DNA of 64,000 nucleotides from an uncultured beta proteobacterium (GCA_903832285.1 CAILAY010000159.1:13808-77807), one strand, 5' to 3'; positions 20,526 through 30,264 are shown, numbered from the stretch's first letter. A program made the numbers and translations. Notes: generated by a model from the letters alone, not told the origin.

Positions 20526-22424
20526 TCAGCCCCGCGCTGACAGCACTTCCCAGCGCTCCAACGCGGCCATCAGTTCGGCATCGATCGCTCCGTCGCGCAC
20601 GTGCAGGGCGGCTGCGCCAGCGGCGTCACGCGTGTAGAGGCTGCCGTCTGCCAAGTCGGCGCGCAATTTGGTCTGTTCGGCTTCCAGCAACTCGATCAGT
20701 TTTGGCAAGGCTTCGAGTTCACGCTTCTCCTTGAACGAGAGCTTGGCGCGCGGCGCCTCGGTCTTCTGGGGCGCAGTTGCCGCACGTGCTTTCTCATTCA
20801 AGGCAACCGGCGCCGCACTCGATTCGGCCGCAGCCGCGGCCTGCTGGATCTCCCGCGCGCGGTGCGACTGGATCAGCCAGTCCTGCACACCGCCTTCGTA
20901 TTCGCGCCACAGTCCGTCGCCCTCAAACGCGATGGTGCTGGTCACGACATTGTCCAGAAAGGTTCGGTCGTGGCTCACCAGAAACACCGTGCCGTCGTAG
21001 TCCTGCAGCAGGTCTTCCAGCAATTCCAGCGTGTCGATGTCCAGGTCGTTCGTGGGCTCGTCCAGCACCAGCACATTCGCGGGTCGCGCAAACAGGCGCG
21101 CCAGCAGCAGCCGGTTGCGTTCTCCTCCCGACAGCGAGCGCACGGGCGAGCGCGCGCGCGCCGGGCTGAACAGGAAGTCGCCCAGATAGCTTTTGACGTG
21201 CTTGCGCTGGTTGCCGATCTCGATCCATTCGCTGCCCGGGCTGATGAAGTCTTCCAGCGTCGAGTCCAGATCCAGCGCATTGCGCATCTGATCGAAATAC
21301 GCCACTTGCAGATTCGCACCCTGGCGCAGGCGGCCAGCGTCGGCCTGCAACTCGCCCAGAATGAGTTTGAGCAGCGTCGTCTTGCCGGCGCCGTTGGGGC
21401 CCAACAGACCGATCTTGTCGCCGCGCAGAATGGTCGCGGAGAAGTTCTTGACGATGATCTTGTCGCCGAATGCCTTGCTCACGTGCGTGAGTTCGGCCAC
21501 GATCTTGCCGCTGCGCTGACCGGTCGCTACGTCCAGATTCACGCTGCCTTGCGCTTCGCGCCTGGCCGCGTGCTCGCTGCGCAATGTCTGAAGCTTGCTG
21601 ATGCGGCTTTGGCTACGCGTGCGGCGCGCCTCCACCCCTTTGCGGATCCAGATTTCCTCTTGCGCCAGCAGTTTGTCGGCCTTGGCGCTGATGACGGCTT
21701 CCTGTGCCATCTGCTCATCTTTCTGTAGCACGTAGCGTTCGAAGTTGCCGGGGTAGGACCGCAGCTTGCCGCGATCCAGTTCGACAATGCGGGTGGCAAC
21801 GCGGTTCAGGAAGCTGCGGTCGTGGGTGATGGTGACGATGCTGCCCTTGAAGTCCACCAGCAGGTCTTCCAGCCACTCGATCGAATCCAGATCCAGATGG
21901 TTGGTGGGTTCGTCCAGCAGCAGTACGTCGGGCTTGGCCACCAGCGCTTGCGCCAGCGCCACGCGCTTGCGCGTGCCGCCCGACAGCGTGCCGATCACAG
22001 CGTCCTTGTCCAGATGAAGTCGGTGCAGGGTTTCTTCCACGCGCTGTTCCCAGTTCCAGGCGTCCAGGTGCTCGATCTCGGACTGCAGGGCATCCAGGTC
22101 GGCGCCTTCGGCTGCTTCAAAATATTCCTCGCGCACGGCCATGGTCCGAGCCAGGCCAGCGCTGGCGGCGGCAAAGACGGTTGCATCCAGATCCAGCACG
22201 GGCTCTTGCGCGACAAAGGCAATGCGCAGGCCCTGCTGGGTCTGCAGCACCCCGTCGTCGGGTTTTTCCATGCCGCCGACGATCTTCAGCAGGGACGACT
22301 TGCCGGCACCGTTGCGCCCGATCAGGCCTACGCGTTCAGTGGTTTCCAGGGCGAAGTCGGTGTGATCCAGGAGTGCGACATGGCCGAAGGCGAGTTGCGC
22401 GTTTAACAGGGTAATGAGGGCCAT
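20526..22424 (-). CDS. uup: ABC-F family ATPase (Uup-like)
   Basis: Two ABC cassettes (GRNGAGKSS.. and GPNGAGKTT.., LSGG signatures x2), no TM domain, and a C-terminal coiled-coil tail. About 630 aa when started at MALITLLNAQLAFG (complement 22422-22424). Confidence 0.85.
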   Translation of the reverse strand: MALITLLNAQLAFGHVALLDHTDFALETTERVGLIGRNGAGKSSLLKIVGGMEKPDDGVLQTQQGLRIAFVAQEPVLDLDATVFAAASAGLARTMAVREEYFEAAEGADLDALQSEIEHLDAWNWEQRVEETLHRLHLDKDAVIGTLSGGTRKRVALAQALVAKPDVLLLDEPTNHLDLDSIEWLEDLLVDFKGSIVTITHDRSFLNRVATRIVELDRGKLRSYPGNFERYVLQKDEQMAQEAVISAKADKLLAQEEIWIRKGVEARRTRSQSRISKLQTLRSEHAARREAQGSVNLDVATGQRSGKIVAELTHVSKAFGDKIIVKNFSATILRGDKIGLLGPNGAGKTTLLKLILGELQADAGRLRQGANLQVAYFDQMRNALDLDSTLEDFISPGSEWIEIGNQRKHVKSYLGDFLFSPARARSPVRSLSGGERNRLLLARLFARPANVLVLDEPTNDLDIDTLELLEDLLQDYDGTVFLVSHDRTFLDNVVTSTIAFEGDGLWREYEGGVQDWLIQSHRAREIQQAAAAAESSAAPVALNEKARAATAPQKTEAPRAKLSFKEKRELEALPKLIELLEAEQTKLRADLADGSLYTRDAAGAAALHVRDGAIDAELMAALERWEVLSARG

Positions 22425-22503
22425 AAATATTTCTGAAATCGGGTCTATAAGTATCGCTGGCTTTACCATTGACCTTTTATAGCAAGTTCCAGGGCGCCAA
22501 ACC

Positions 22504-23295
22504 ATGTCTGACATTCTCGAAAAGATCGTCGCCGTCAAACGCGAAGAAGTCGCTGCTGCGAAAAATCGCAAGCCCCTTGAAGTGGTGCGCGCCGACGCCT
22601 GGTCCCGTGTTCTGACACGCGATTTTGTCGCCGCCATGCGCAGCAAGATCGCTGCAGGTCAGGCGGCCGTGATCGCTGAAATCAAGAAAGCCAGCCCGTC
22701 CAAAGGCGTGATGCGCGCTGACTTCATTCCCGCCGACATCGCGCAAAGCTACGCTGAAAATGGCGCAGCCTGTTTGTCGGTACTCACCGATCAGCAGTTC
22801 TTCCAGGGCAGCGTGGACTACCTCAAGCAGGCCCGCGCGTCCTGCGATCTGCCGGTGCTGCGCAAGGACTTCATCGTGGACGCTTACCAGATCTACGAGT
22901 CGCGTGTGATGGGTGCCGATGCGATTCTGCTGATTGCCGCGTGTCTGGACGATACCCAGATGGCCGACTTCGAGGCCCACGCTCGTGCCCTGGACATGGC
23001 GGTGCTGGTGGAGGTGCATGACCGAGATGAACTGATGCGCGCGCTGAAGCTCAAGACGCCGCTGCTCGGCATCAACAACCGCAACCTGCGCACGTTCGAG
23101 GTCAATCTCGAGACCACACTGAGCCTGCTGGGTGACGTCCCCAAGGATCGGCTGCTGGTGACCGAGAGCGGCGTGCGCACCCGCGCCGATGTGCAGCGCA
23201 TGCGGGCCGCCAACGTCGATGCCTTCCTGGTGGGCGAGGCCTTCATGCGCGCCGCCGATCCGGGAGAAGCTCTGGCAGAGTTGTTCGGTGATTGA
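22504..23295 (+). CDS. trpC: indole-3-glycerol phosphate synthase
   Basis: 263 aa with typical IGPS motifs ([43 protein letters not shown]). Confidence 0.93.
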   Translation: MSDILEKIVAVKREEVAAAKNRKPLEVVRADAWSRVLTRDFVAAMRSKIAAGQAAVIAEIKKASPSKGVMRADFIPADIAQSYAENGAACLSVLTDQQFFQGSVDYLKQARASCDLPVLRKDFIVDAYQIYESRVMGADAILLIAACLDDTQMADFEAHARALDMAVLVEVHDRDELMRALKLKTPLLGINNRNLRTFEVNLETTLSLLGDVPKDRLLVTESGVRTRADVQRMRAANVDAFLVGEAFMRAADPGEALAELFGD

Positions 23296-23998
23296 CCCAC
23301 CCGCGCTGTCCGAATGGCGGCCGAGTGCCTGGCCGGTCGCCGACGACTGGCGCGGCGTGGTGGACGCCTTCCTGCGAAAGCCGGAAGGACTGCAACTGGC
23401 AGAGTTCGTGACGCACCGGATTGCTGCTGGCGCCACCATCTATCCGGTGCAGCCCCTGTTGGCCCTGGCTTTGACGCCGCTGTCACAAGTCAAGGTCGTG
23501 ATCATCGGGCAGGATCCGTATCACGGCCCGGAGCAGGCGCAGGGGCTGGCGTTTTCAGTGGCGCCCGGGTTGCGGGTGCCGCCGTCGCTGCGCAACATCT
23601 ACAAGGAATTGCAGCGCGACCTGGGTCTGGCACCTGCCTCCAACGGTTGCCTCAGACGCTGGGCGAGGCAGGGCGTGCTGTTGCTCAACACCTGCCTGAG
23701 TGTCGAGGACGCGCAGCCGGGCAGTCACGCCGGGCGCGGCTGGGAGGTGCTGACGGACGAAATTGTGCGCACGGTGGAGCAGCAGCACGATCAGGTGGTG
23801 TTCCTGCTTTGGGGTGCACACGCGCAAAGGAAACAAGCTTTGCTGGAGAAGAGTGCAGCCGCTGGCCGCGTCCTGCTTGCCAACCATCCCTCGCCGTTGT
23901 CGGCCACGCGTGGGCCGGTGCCATTCATCGGCTGCGGTCACTTTGGCCGGGCCAACAGTCTGCTGGAAGATTGGGGCCGCGGCGGAATCAAATGGTGA
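23288..23998 (+). CDS. ung: uracil-DNA glycosylase (family 1)
   Basis: Motifs [10 protein letters not shown] (water-activating loop) and [10 protein letters not shown] (Leu-intercalation loop region). I propose GTG 23288, which overlaps the trpC stop; the ORF opens at 23189 inside trpC. Confidence 0.88.
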   Translation: MIDPPALSEWRPSAWPVADDWRGVVDAFLRKPEGLQLAEFVTHRIAAGATIYPVQPLLALALTPLSQVKVVIIGQDPYHGPEQAQGLAFSVAPGLRVPPSLRNIYKELQRDLGLAPASNGCLRRWARQGVLLLNTCLSVEDAQPGSHAGRGWEVLTDEIVRTVEQQHDQVVFLLWGAHAQRKQALLEKSAAAGRVLLANHPSPLSATRGPVPFIGCGHFGRANSLLEDWGRGGIKW

Positions 23999-24470
23999 GA
24001 CCCGAATCGGCCCCGAAGCCGTTTTGGCGCCAGGCCTCAAACACCGTCACGGCCACCGCGTTGGACAGATTCAGGCTGCGTTGACCCGAAATCATCGGTA
24101 GCTTGAGTTGCTGATCGAGCGGTAGCGCCGCCCGCAGGTCGCTCGGCAGGCCACGCGTCTCGGAACCGAACACCAGCCAGTCGCCGCGAACAAACGTCAC
24201 ATCATGCACAACCCGGGTGCCACGCGTGGTGAGGGCAAACAGGCGCTGCTGCGCGGGTTGCTCGGCGTCCAGAAAACGCGACCAATCGGCATGGCGCTTG
24301 ACCCGGGCGTACTCGTGGTAATCCAGACCGGCACGCTTCAACTGCTTGTCGTCCATGGAAAATCCCAGCGGTTCAATCAGGTGCAGCGTGCAGCCGGTGT
24401 TGGCCGCGAGGCGAATGATGTTGCCGGTATTGGGTGGAATCTCTGGCTGAACCAGAACGATATGAAACAT
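23988..24470 (-). CDS. trmL: tRNA (cytidine/uridine-2'-O)-methyltransferase TrmL (SpoU/TrmH class)
   Basis: 160 aa, MFHIVLVQPEIPPNTGNIIRLAANTGCTLHLIEPLGF..SLNLSNAVAV. Confidence 0.9.
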   Translation of the reverse strand: MFHIVLVQPEIPPNTGNIIRLAANTGCTLHLIEPLGFSMDDKQLKRAGLDYHEYARVKRHADWSRFLDAEQPAQQRLFALTTRGTRVVHDVTFVRGDWLVFGSETRGLPSDLRAALPLDQQLKLPMISGQRSLNLSNAVAVTVFEAWRQNGFGADSGLTI

Positions 24471-24488
24471 GGTGGGATTTTCGTATAC

Positions 24489-25193
24489 CTATTCAGGCGC
24501 ATCGGTGCGCGCCAGCACCAGCGCGGTGATGTGCGCAGCGCCGGCCTGGCGCAGGGCACTGGCGGCGGCGTAGAGCGAGGCGCCGCTGGTCATGACATCA
24601 TCCACGAGCACCACGCGCGCGCCTGCCAGACTGGCGACCAGCGCGGGTTCAGCCGCGAAAGCGCCCATGACGTTGCGCAGGCGCTCGGCACGCTTGAGTT
24701 CGCTTTGCGCCGACGTCTCACGGATGCGCAGTAGCAGATCGGCGCGCGTCTTGTCCGGGGCCAGTTGACGGGCCAGCAACAGCGCCTGGTTGAAGCCGCG
24801 CTGACGCAGCCGTGCCGGTGCCAAGGGCATGGGCAGCACGCAATCGGACTGCTCCAGTGCGGGTTCGACCCAGGGTGCGCTGCGCATCAGTGTGGCGAAC
24901 GTCGCGACCCAACCAGTGCGCGCATGAAATTTGAAACCTGAGATGCAGTCCGACCACGGATAGGCGTAACTCAGGGCGGCGAGGCAGGCGTCCACAGGCG
25001 GTGGATCCTTCAGGCAAGCGCCGCACTGCGAAATGCCTTCGGCTACGGGCAGGGCGCAGCGCCTGCAGCGATGCCGGGGCTGCGCAAACCGGGTCACGCA
25101 GGCCTCGCACACGGGCTGTGAGGGCCAGGCATGGCAGACTAAGCACTCGCTGGGCACGCGCGCGGCGACCTGGCTGATCAGGTGACGAAACAT
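24489..25193 (-). CDS. comF: ComF-family protein (phosphoribosyltransferase-like)
   Basis: N-terminal Cys-rich zinc-finger region (CLVCH..CEAC..CRRC..CGAC) and a C-terminal PRTase motif (VVLVDDVMTSGAS). Confidence 0.88.
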   Translation of the reverse strand: MFRHLISQVAARVPSECLVCHAWPSQPVCEACVTRFAQPRHRCRRCALPVAEGISQCGACLKDPPPVDACLAALSYAYPWSDCISGFKFHARTGWVATFATLMRSAPWVEPALEQSDCVLPMPLAPARLRQRGFNQALLLARQLAPDKTRADLLLRIRETSAQSELKRAERLRNVMGAFAAEPALVASLAGARVVLVDDVMTSGASLYAAASALRQAGAAHITALVLARTDAPE

Positions 25194-25290
25194 GGAGTCA
25201 ATATACTCACCACGCCATTGGCCTGGAAGAATTACTTTCGTGACTCGGGACGATTCGCCACCGACGATTGAAGCGTTCGCCGTTTACCAC

Positions 25291-26208
25291 ATGACTATCC
25301 CATCCGACGCTACGCCACCCACCATCGACCCGACCGCTGCGGCGCGTTGGCATCTCGCCGCGCCTGCATCGTCACCCTGGTTGCACGAGGAAGTTGCCAG
25401 GCGCATGGAGCAGCGACTGCAGTGGATCAAGCTACGGCCGCAGGCGTGGTGTCATTGGGATGCCGTGCGTGGCGGTTTGCAGGCGCATGAGTTGGTGCGC
25501 CGGCATTACCCAAAGGCACAGGTCTACGTGCATGAGACTGCAGCACAACGCGCCACGGCCGCGCAACGGGCCCTGCGCCCTGGCGTCTTGAGCCCTGCGC
25601 GCTGGCTGGCATCGGCACAGCATTTTCAGGTGCCGCCTGACTCCAGCGTGCAGATGCTGTGGGCCAACATGGCGCTGCATCTGAGTGCCCAGCCGCAGCA
25701 GTTGCTTGCGCGGTGGCATCGCGCGCTGGCGACCGACGGTTTTCTGATGTTCTCCTGTCTGGGGCCCGACACAGCGCGCGAGTTGCGCGAGGTCTATCGC
25801 GACCAGGGTTGGCCTGCCAGTGGTCATGAATTCACGGATATGCATGATTGGGGCGACATGTTGATGCAAGCCGGTTTCGCCGAGCCGGTGATGGACATGG
25901 AGCGCATCGTGCTGACCTATGACAGCCCCGATCGCCTGCTGAGCGAACTGCGCTCCCTTGGGCGCAATCTGCATCCGGCACGATTTCCAGGTCTGCGCGG
26001 GCGCGGTTGGGTTCAGCAACTCGAGCGCGCGCTGGCACAAAAGCTCACCCAGGCTGATGGTGCGCGGTTGGGTTTGACGTTCGAAGTGATCTATGGCCAT
26101 GCGCTCAAACCGGCACCCCGGTCGCCAGTTCGTGACAGCACCAGCGTATCGCTGCAGGAGATGCGCGCTGCGCTGGCACGAGGAAATAAATTGTCGCGCG
26201 GGCTGTGA
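25291..26208 (+). CDS. SAM-dependent methyltransferase, BioC-like
   Basis: Class-I methyltransferase-like layout (..VQMLWANMALHL..LLARWHRALATDGFLMFSCLGPDT..) divergent from comF, an adjacency I recall for biotin genes. Start is uncertain (ORF opens at 25192). The specific BioC assignment is inference. Confidence 0.55.
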   Translation: MTIPSDATPPTIDPTAAARWHLAAPASSPWLHEEVARRMEQRLQWIKLRPQAWCHWDAVRGGLQAHELVRRHYPKAQVYVHETAAQRATAAQRALRPGVLSPARWLASAQHFQVPPDSSVQMLWANMALHLSAQPQQLLARWHRALATDGFLMFSCLGPDTARELREVYRDQGWPASGHEFTDMHDWGDMLMQAGFAEPVMDMERIVLTYDSPDRLLSELRSLGRNLHPARFPGLRGRGWVQQLERALAQKLTQADGARLGLTFEVIYGHALKPAPRSPVRDSTSVSLQEMRAALARGNKLSRGL

Positions 26209-26315
26209 GGCACAGCATCACCGGTAGAATCGCGGGTTTTTCGCACCCTTGGTGTGGGTGAGCAGTGCCGTCGGTGCACGGTATCAGGCGTGGCTGGTGA
26301 AATATGGAAGGCGAT

Positions 26316-26549
26316 ATGGCTGAGATATTGCAGGGTCTGCGCGGCTGGCTGATGATCGTCTGTCTTGTCATCTTCGCTCTGGTCTTTGGCGTGATGATCT
26401 ACTCGATATGGAAGCATCACCGCAGCGGCGTGGGGGACAGAAGCAACTTTCATGGCTCGGTCTTAGTGGAGATTTGCTGGGCTCTCGCGCCCGTTGTGAT
26501 CGTGGTGCTGTTGGTGTGGCCGACCACCCGGATCATATGGAGTCCATAA
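26316..26549 (+). CDS. two-TM mini-protein resembling the transmembrane hairpin of cytochrome oxidase subunit II
   Basis: Contains TM1, then YSIWKHHRS..FHGSVLVEICWALAPVVIVVLLVWP, which matches the canonical COX2 N-terminal pattern (fH..lEi.W..iP). It has no CuA domain. It lies 138 nt upstream of full-length coxB. GGAAGG precedes ATG 26316; the ORF opens at 26304. Confidence 0.6.
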   Translation: MAEILQGLRGWLMIVCLVIFALVFGVMIYSIWKHHRSGVGDRSNFHGSVLVEICWALAPVVIVVLLVWPTTRIIWSP

Positions 26550-26686
26550 GCCGAAACGCGATGAGACGCTCGAAACGACGAGTGGGTATTCGGGTTTTGC
26601 CGGGGCAAATATGGCCGGACGACCCGCTAAACTAGCGACCCTGGCGACGGTGTACCAGCGTTCAGCAACAAAAAGGACAGTGATTT

Positions 26687-27832
26687 ATGCGAGGCTTGAA
26701 ACAATTAGGCTTGGGAATAATGGCGGCGCTGGGATCGGCGGTCGTGCTGGCCAACTATTCCTGGAATTTCCCGGAACCGGTCACGCCGATCGCCCGCGAA
26801 ACGCTGCACGTGCACAACCTGTTCATGGTCGTGATTCTGCTGATCTTTTTCAGCGTGCTGGCAATCATGCTGTATTCCTTCTGGTCGCACCGCAAGTCGC
26901 GTGGCCAGAAGGCGGCGGATTTTGTAGGGCCGAAATCAAACAAGCAATGGTTCTGGGTGCTGCTGCCCTTTGCCTGCTTGCTGGTCCTGGACTACGGGAT
27001 CTTCGGCATCCCGGCATTTCATGCTGTTCACATGTACGAGGATACCCGTACCGATGCCGATCTGGTCGTGAAGGTCACCGGCAGTCAATGGTTGTGGCAG
27101 TACGAATACCCGTCCGAGGGAGTCAGGTTCAACAGTCGCCTGGTGACTCCGCGTGCACAGATTGACAACAAGGAACCCAAGGGTCAGAACTACCTTCTGG
27201 AAGTGGACAACCCGCTGGTTTTGCCCGTCGGTAAAAAGATCCGCTTCATCACTACTTCCAATGACGTCATCCACAGCTGGTGGGTGCCGGCGTTCGGCGT
27301 CAAGCGTGATGCGGTTCCCGGTTTCCTGCGTGAGTTCTGGGCGACCATAGAAAAGCCGGGTATTTACCGCGGCCAGTGTTCTGAGCTGTGCGGCAAGGAG
27401 CACGGGTTCATGCCGGTGGTGGTGAAAGTTGTGTCGCAGGAGGACTTCAAGGCCTGGTTGGCCGAGAAGAAGGGCAGCGTCGCGAGTGCCGCTGTGGATG
27501 ATGGCAAGCCGCTGTCGCTGGACGAGATGAAGGCCAAGGGCGAAAAGATATATGTCACCACGTGCATCCCCTGTCATCAAGCCAATGGCATGGGAATTCC
27601 CGGCGCGTTCCCTCCGCTTAATGGTTCGAAGGTGGCGACTGGACCGGTTGATGTGCACATCAAGACGGTGCTCAATGGAGGTCGTCCTGGCACCGCCATG
27701 GTTGCTTTCGGCAAACAATTGAGCAACGCGGACATTGCTGCGGTCATCACTTACGAGCGCAACGCCTGGGACAACAAGACGGGCGACGTGGTGCAGAGTG
27801 CACAGGTCGCGGCACTCAAGGGTGCGCCCTGA
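26687..27832 (+). CDS. coxB: cytochrome c oxidase subunit II with fused C-terminal cytochrome c domain
   Basis: CuA site (..VIHSWWVPAFG..CSELCGKEHGFMP) and a C-terminal CIPCH heme-c motif with downstream Met. Confidence 0.95.
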   Translation: MRGLKQLGLGIMAALGSAVVLANYSWNFPEPVTPIARETLHVHNLFMVVILLIFFSVLAIMLYSFWSHRKSRGQKAADFVGPKSNKQWFWVLLPFACLLVLDYGIFGIPAFHAVHMYEDTRTDADLVVKVTGSQWLWQYEYPSEGVRFNSRLVTPRAQIDNKEPKGQNYLLEVDNPLVLPVGKKIRFITTSNDVIHSWWVPAFGVKRDAVPGFLREFWATIEKPGIYRGQCSELCGKEHGFMPVVVKVVSQEDFKAWLAEKKGSVASAAVDDGKPLSLDEMKAKGEKIYVTTCIPCHQANGMGIPGAFPPLNGSKVATGPVDVHIKTVLNGGRPGTAMVAFGKQLSNADIAAVITYERNAWDNKTGDVVQSAQVAALKGAP

Positions 27833-27848
27833 GTTGTCCGGCATGGCC

Positions 27849-27921
27849 AATCAGTTTAATCAGTTGAGGACAGAGCTTGCGCGCTGCGCGTAGCTACGGT
27901 CTGTCCCGCAAGTAATCAGTT
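27849..27921. repeat. three copies of AATCAGTT flanking an imperfect GC-rich hairpin in the coxB-ctaD spacer
   Basis: AATCAGTT occurs at 27849-27856, 27858-27865 and 27914-27921. The hairpin arms are GGACAG 27868-27873 and CTGTCC 27901-27906, with internal AGC/GCT and GCGC pairing. Read directly from the sequence. Confidence 0.7.
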
Positions 27922-27943
27922 ATTCAGAACTAAGGAGTTGCCC

Positions 27944-29548
27944 ATGGCACACGATTTGGCACACGACCTGCCCCATGCTGGCGCCCACGAGGCCCATCAT
28001 CCGACGGGGTGGATGCGGTGGATTGAAACCACCAACCACAAGGACATCGGCGTGATGTACCTGATCTTTGCTATCACCATGTTGTTGATAGGTGGTTCCA
28101 TGATTCTGGCTGTTCGGGCCGAGCTGTTTCAACCGGGCCTGCAGTTCATGCAGCCCGAGTTTTTCAACCAGCTCATTACGCTGCACGGACTGATCATGGT
28201 GTTCGGATTTGCCATGCCCGCTGCAACCGGATTGGCAAACTTCATGCTGCCCATGGTGCTGGGTGCGCCGGACATGGCCTTGCCCCGTCTGAACAACTGG
28301 GGCTTCTGGATTCTGCCGCCCGCGGCCGTGATGCTGGTGTTGCCGTTCTTCCTCGGGCTCGCAGGCGTCGGGCCTGGCGCGGTGGATACCGGGTGGACCA
28401 TGTACGCCCCGCTGTCCATACAAAGTGGCTGGGGCATGGACTTCGCGGTATTCGCAGTGCACATGCTGGGTGTGTCTTCGATCCTGGGTTCGATCAACGT
28501 GATCGTCACGATCCTGAACATGCGCGCTCCGGGCATGACCTTGATGAAGATGCCGCTGTTTGCGCACGGCTTCCTCATGACTGCGATTCTGCTCATCACC
28601 ATCATGCCGGTACTTGCTGGCGGCGTCACGATGGTGCTGATGGACAGGCACTTCGGCACCCACTTCTTCAACGCCGCCGGTGGTGGAGACCCGGTACTTT
28701 GGCAACACATCTTCTGGTTCATGGGTCACCCTGAGGTGTATGTGTTGTTCCTGCCGATCGCGGGCGCCATTCCGCACGTGTTGTCGACCTTCTCCAGAAA
28801 ACCCACCTACGGCTATCGTGCCCAGGTGTATTCAATGTGGGGCATTGCCATTTTGTCGGTCGTGGTCTGGGCGCACCACATGTTCACCAGTGGCATGTCC
28901 ACTGGTGGCCAACTCTATTTCATGTACAGCACGATGTTGATTTCGCTGCCGCTGGCCGTGCTGTTCTTTTGCTGGATCGCCACCCTTTGGCGTGGCTCGC
29001 TGACCTTTGAAACTCCGATGCTGTTTGCCATTGGGTTCGTGGTGCTGTTTGGTTGGGGTGGTTTGACGGGTCTGGTGTTGGCCGATGCGGCCGCTGATCC
29101 GCAGTACCACAACGCCTATTTCCTGGTGGCCCATTTCCACTACGCGCTCTATCCGACAACCGTGTTGGGCGCCATGGCGGCGATCTATTACTGGTTGCCA
29201 AAATGGACCGGCCACATGCTGGACCAGCGCCTCGGGAAGTGGCACTTCTGGATGGCCATCGTGGGATTCAACATGACCTTCATTCCGCAGTTCCTGGTCG
29301 GACTGGCTGGCATGCCACGTCGCATTCCTGACTACCCCTTGATGTTCACGGAATGGAACATGCTGTCCACCGTGGGTGCTTTCATTTTGGGCGTGTCGCA
29401 CCTGGTCTTCATCTACAACGTGATCAAGTGCATACGTGGTGGCGAGAAGGCGCAGGACAAGGCTTGGGAAGGCGCGCGTGGTCTGGAGTGGACGGTGCCG
29501 TCGCCCGCGCCTTATCACACGTTCGAGACGCAACCCACGATCGAGTGA
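27944..29548 (+). CDS. ctaD: cytochrome c oxidase subunit I
   Basis: Heme-copper oxidase subunit I motifs (..WFFGHPEVY-type FWFMGHPEVYVLFLP, ..VWAHHMF.., ..HFHYAL..). AAGGAG lies 6 nt before ATG 27944; the ORF track starts at TTG 27938. Confidence 0.96.
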   Translation: MAHDLAHDLPHAGAHEAHHPTGWMRWIETTNHKDIGVMYLIFAITMLLIGGSMILAVRAELFQPGLQFMQPEFFNQLITLHGLIMVFGFAMPAATGLANFMLPMVLGAPDMALPRLNNWGFWILPPAAVMLVLPFFLGLAGVGPGAVDTGWTMYAPLSIQSGWGMDFAVFAVHMLGVSSILGSINVIVTILNMRAPGMTLMKMPLFAHGFLMTAILLITIMPVLAGGVTMVLMDRHFGTHFFNAAGGGDPVLWQHIFWFMGHPEVYVLFLPIAGAIPHVLSTFSRKPTYGYRAQVYSMWGIAILSVVVWAHHMFTSGMSTGGQLYFMYSTMLISLPLAVLFFCWIATLWRGSLTFETPMLFAIGFVVLFGWGGLTGLVLADAAADPQYHNAYFLVAHFHYALYPTTVLGAMAAIYYWLPKWTGHMLDQRLGKWHFWMAIVGFNMTFIPQFLVGLAGMPRRIPDYPLMFTEWNMLSTVGAFILGVSHLVFIYNVIKCIRGGEKAQDKAWEGARGLEWTVPSPAPYHTFETQPTIE

Positions 29549-29569
29549 AGCGACACCACGGAACGCCGC

Positions 29570-29716
29570 ATGAGCCTGCCTGAATCAAGCAAGAAGGTCG
29601 CCGACAGCGACGAGTGGACCCGCAGGCGCGCGTCCAACGTGCGCCTGGGTTTGATCCTGGGCGGCGTGGTGCTGGCGCTGTTTCTGATTGCCATATGGAA
29701 GTACCGACCGCTATGA
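29570..29716 (+). CDS. small single-TM protein (cytochrome oxidase small assembly protein-like)
   Basis: My own translation gives MSLPESSKKVADSDEWTRRRASNVRLGLILGGVVLALFLIAIWKYRPL (48 aa). This is below the ORF-track cutoff. Its stop overlaps the ctaG start (ATGA at 29713-29716). Position between ctaD and ctaG. Confidence 0.6.
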   Translation: MSLPESSKKVADSDEWTRRRASNVRLGLILGGVVLALFLIAIWKYRPL

Positions 29717-30264
29717 CACCGCAGGCGACTTTGGCTCGCCAGCGGGACAACCAGCGACTCGGAATGAAGCTTGGGTTGGTGGCACTGTTTTTTGTCGGAT
29801 TTGGTTTTGCCATGGTTCCGATGTACGACGTGATCTGCAAGTGGACGGGGATCAACGGCAGGACGAACGCGACCGCGATCGCGCTCGACAAGAACACCCA
29901 GGTGGATGCATCCCGTTGGGTGAATGTGGAGTTCCTGAGTCATTCCATGCCGGGCGTCGGCCTGGAGTTTGCACCCGAGCAGTTCACGATGCGCGTGCAT
30001 CCGGGGGCTGTTATTCACACCAGCTATCTGGCAAAAAACCTGGGCGATCGGGAATTTGTCGGGCAGGCTGTGCCGAGCATTACGCCCGCAGTGGCGGCGG
30101 CACATTTTCAGAAGATTGAGTGTTTTTGCTTTACGCAACAAAAGTTCAAGCCGCACGAGCAGCGCAGCATGCCGGTGGTATTTGTGGTCAGCCCGGAGTT
30201 GGATAAGGATCTGGGGACCATCACGCTGTCCTACACCTTCTTCGAGGCGGTGAAGGCAAGTTAG
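29713..30264 (+). CDS. ctaG: cytochrome c oxidase assembly protein CtaG/Cox11
   Basis: N-terminal TM helix plus a Cox11 domain with the CFCF copper motif (IECFCFTQQ). The ORF opens at 29614; I chose ATG 29713. Confidence 0.92.
   Translation: MTPQATLARQRDNQRLGMKLGLVALFFVGFGFAMVPMYDVICKWTGINGRTNATAIALDKNTQVDASRWVNVEFLSHSMPGVGLEFAPEQFTMRVHPGAVIHTSYLAKNLGDREFVGQAVPSITPAVAAAHFQKIECFCFTQQKFKPHEQRSMPVVFVVSPELDKDLGTITLSYTFFEAVKAS

Noticed and set aside
23988-23998. Convergent 3'-end overlaps (ung/trmL 11 nt; cheB/GNAT 4 nt at 19915-19918).
   Set aside because: Small convergent overlaps are common in compact GC-rich genomes. There is no evidence of regulatory significance.
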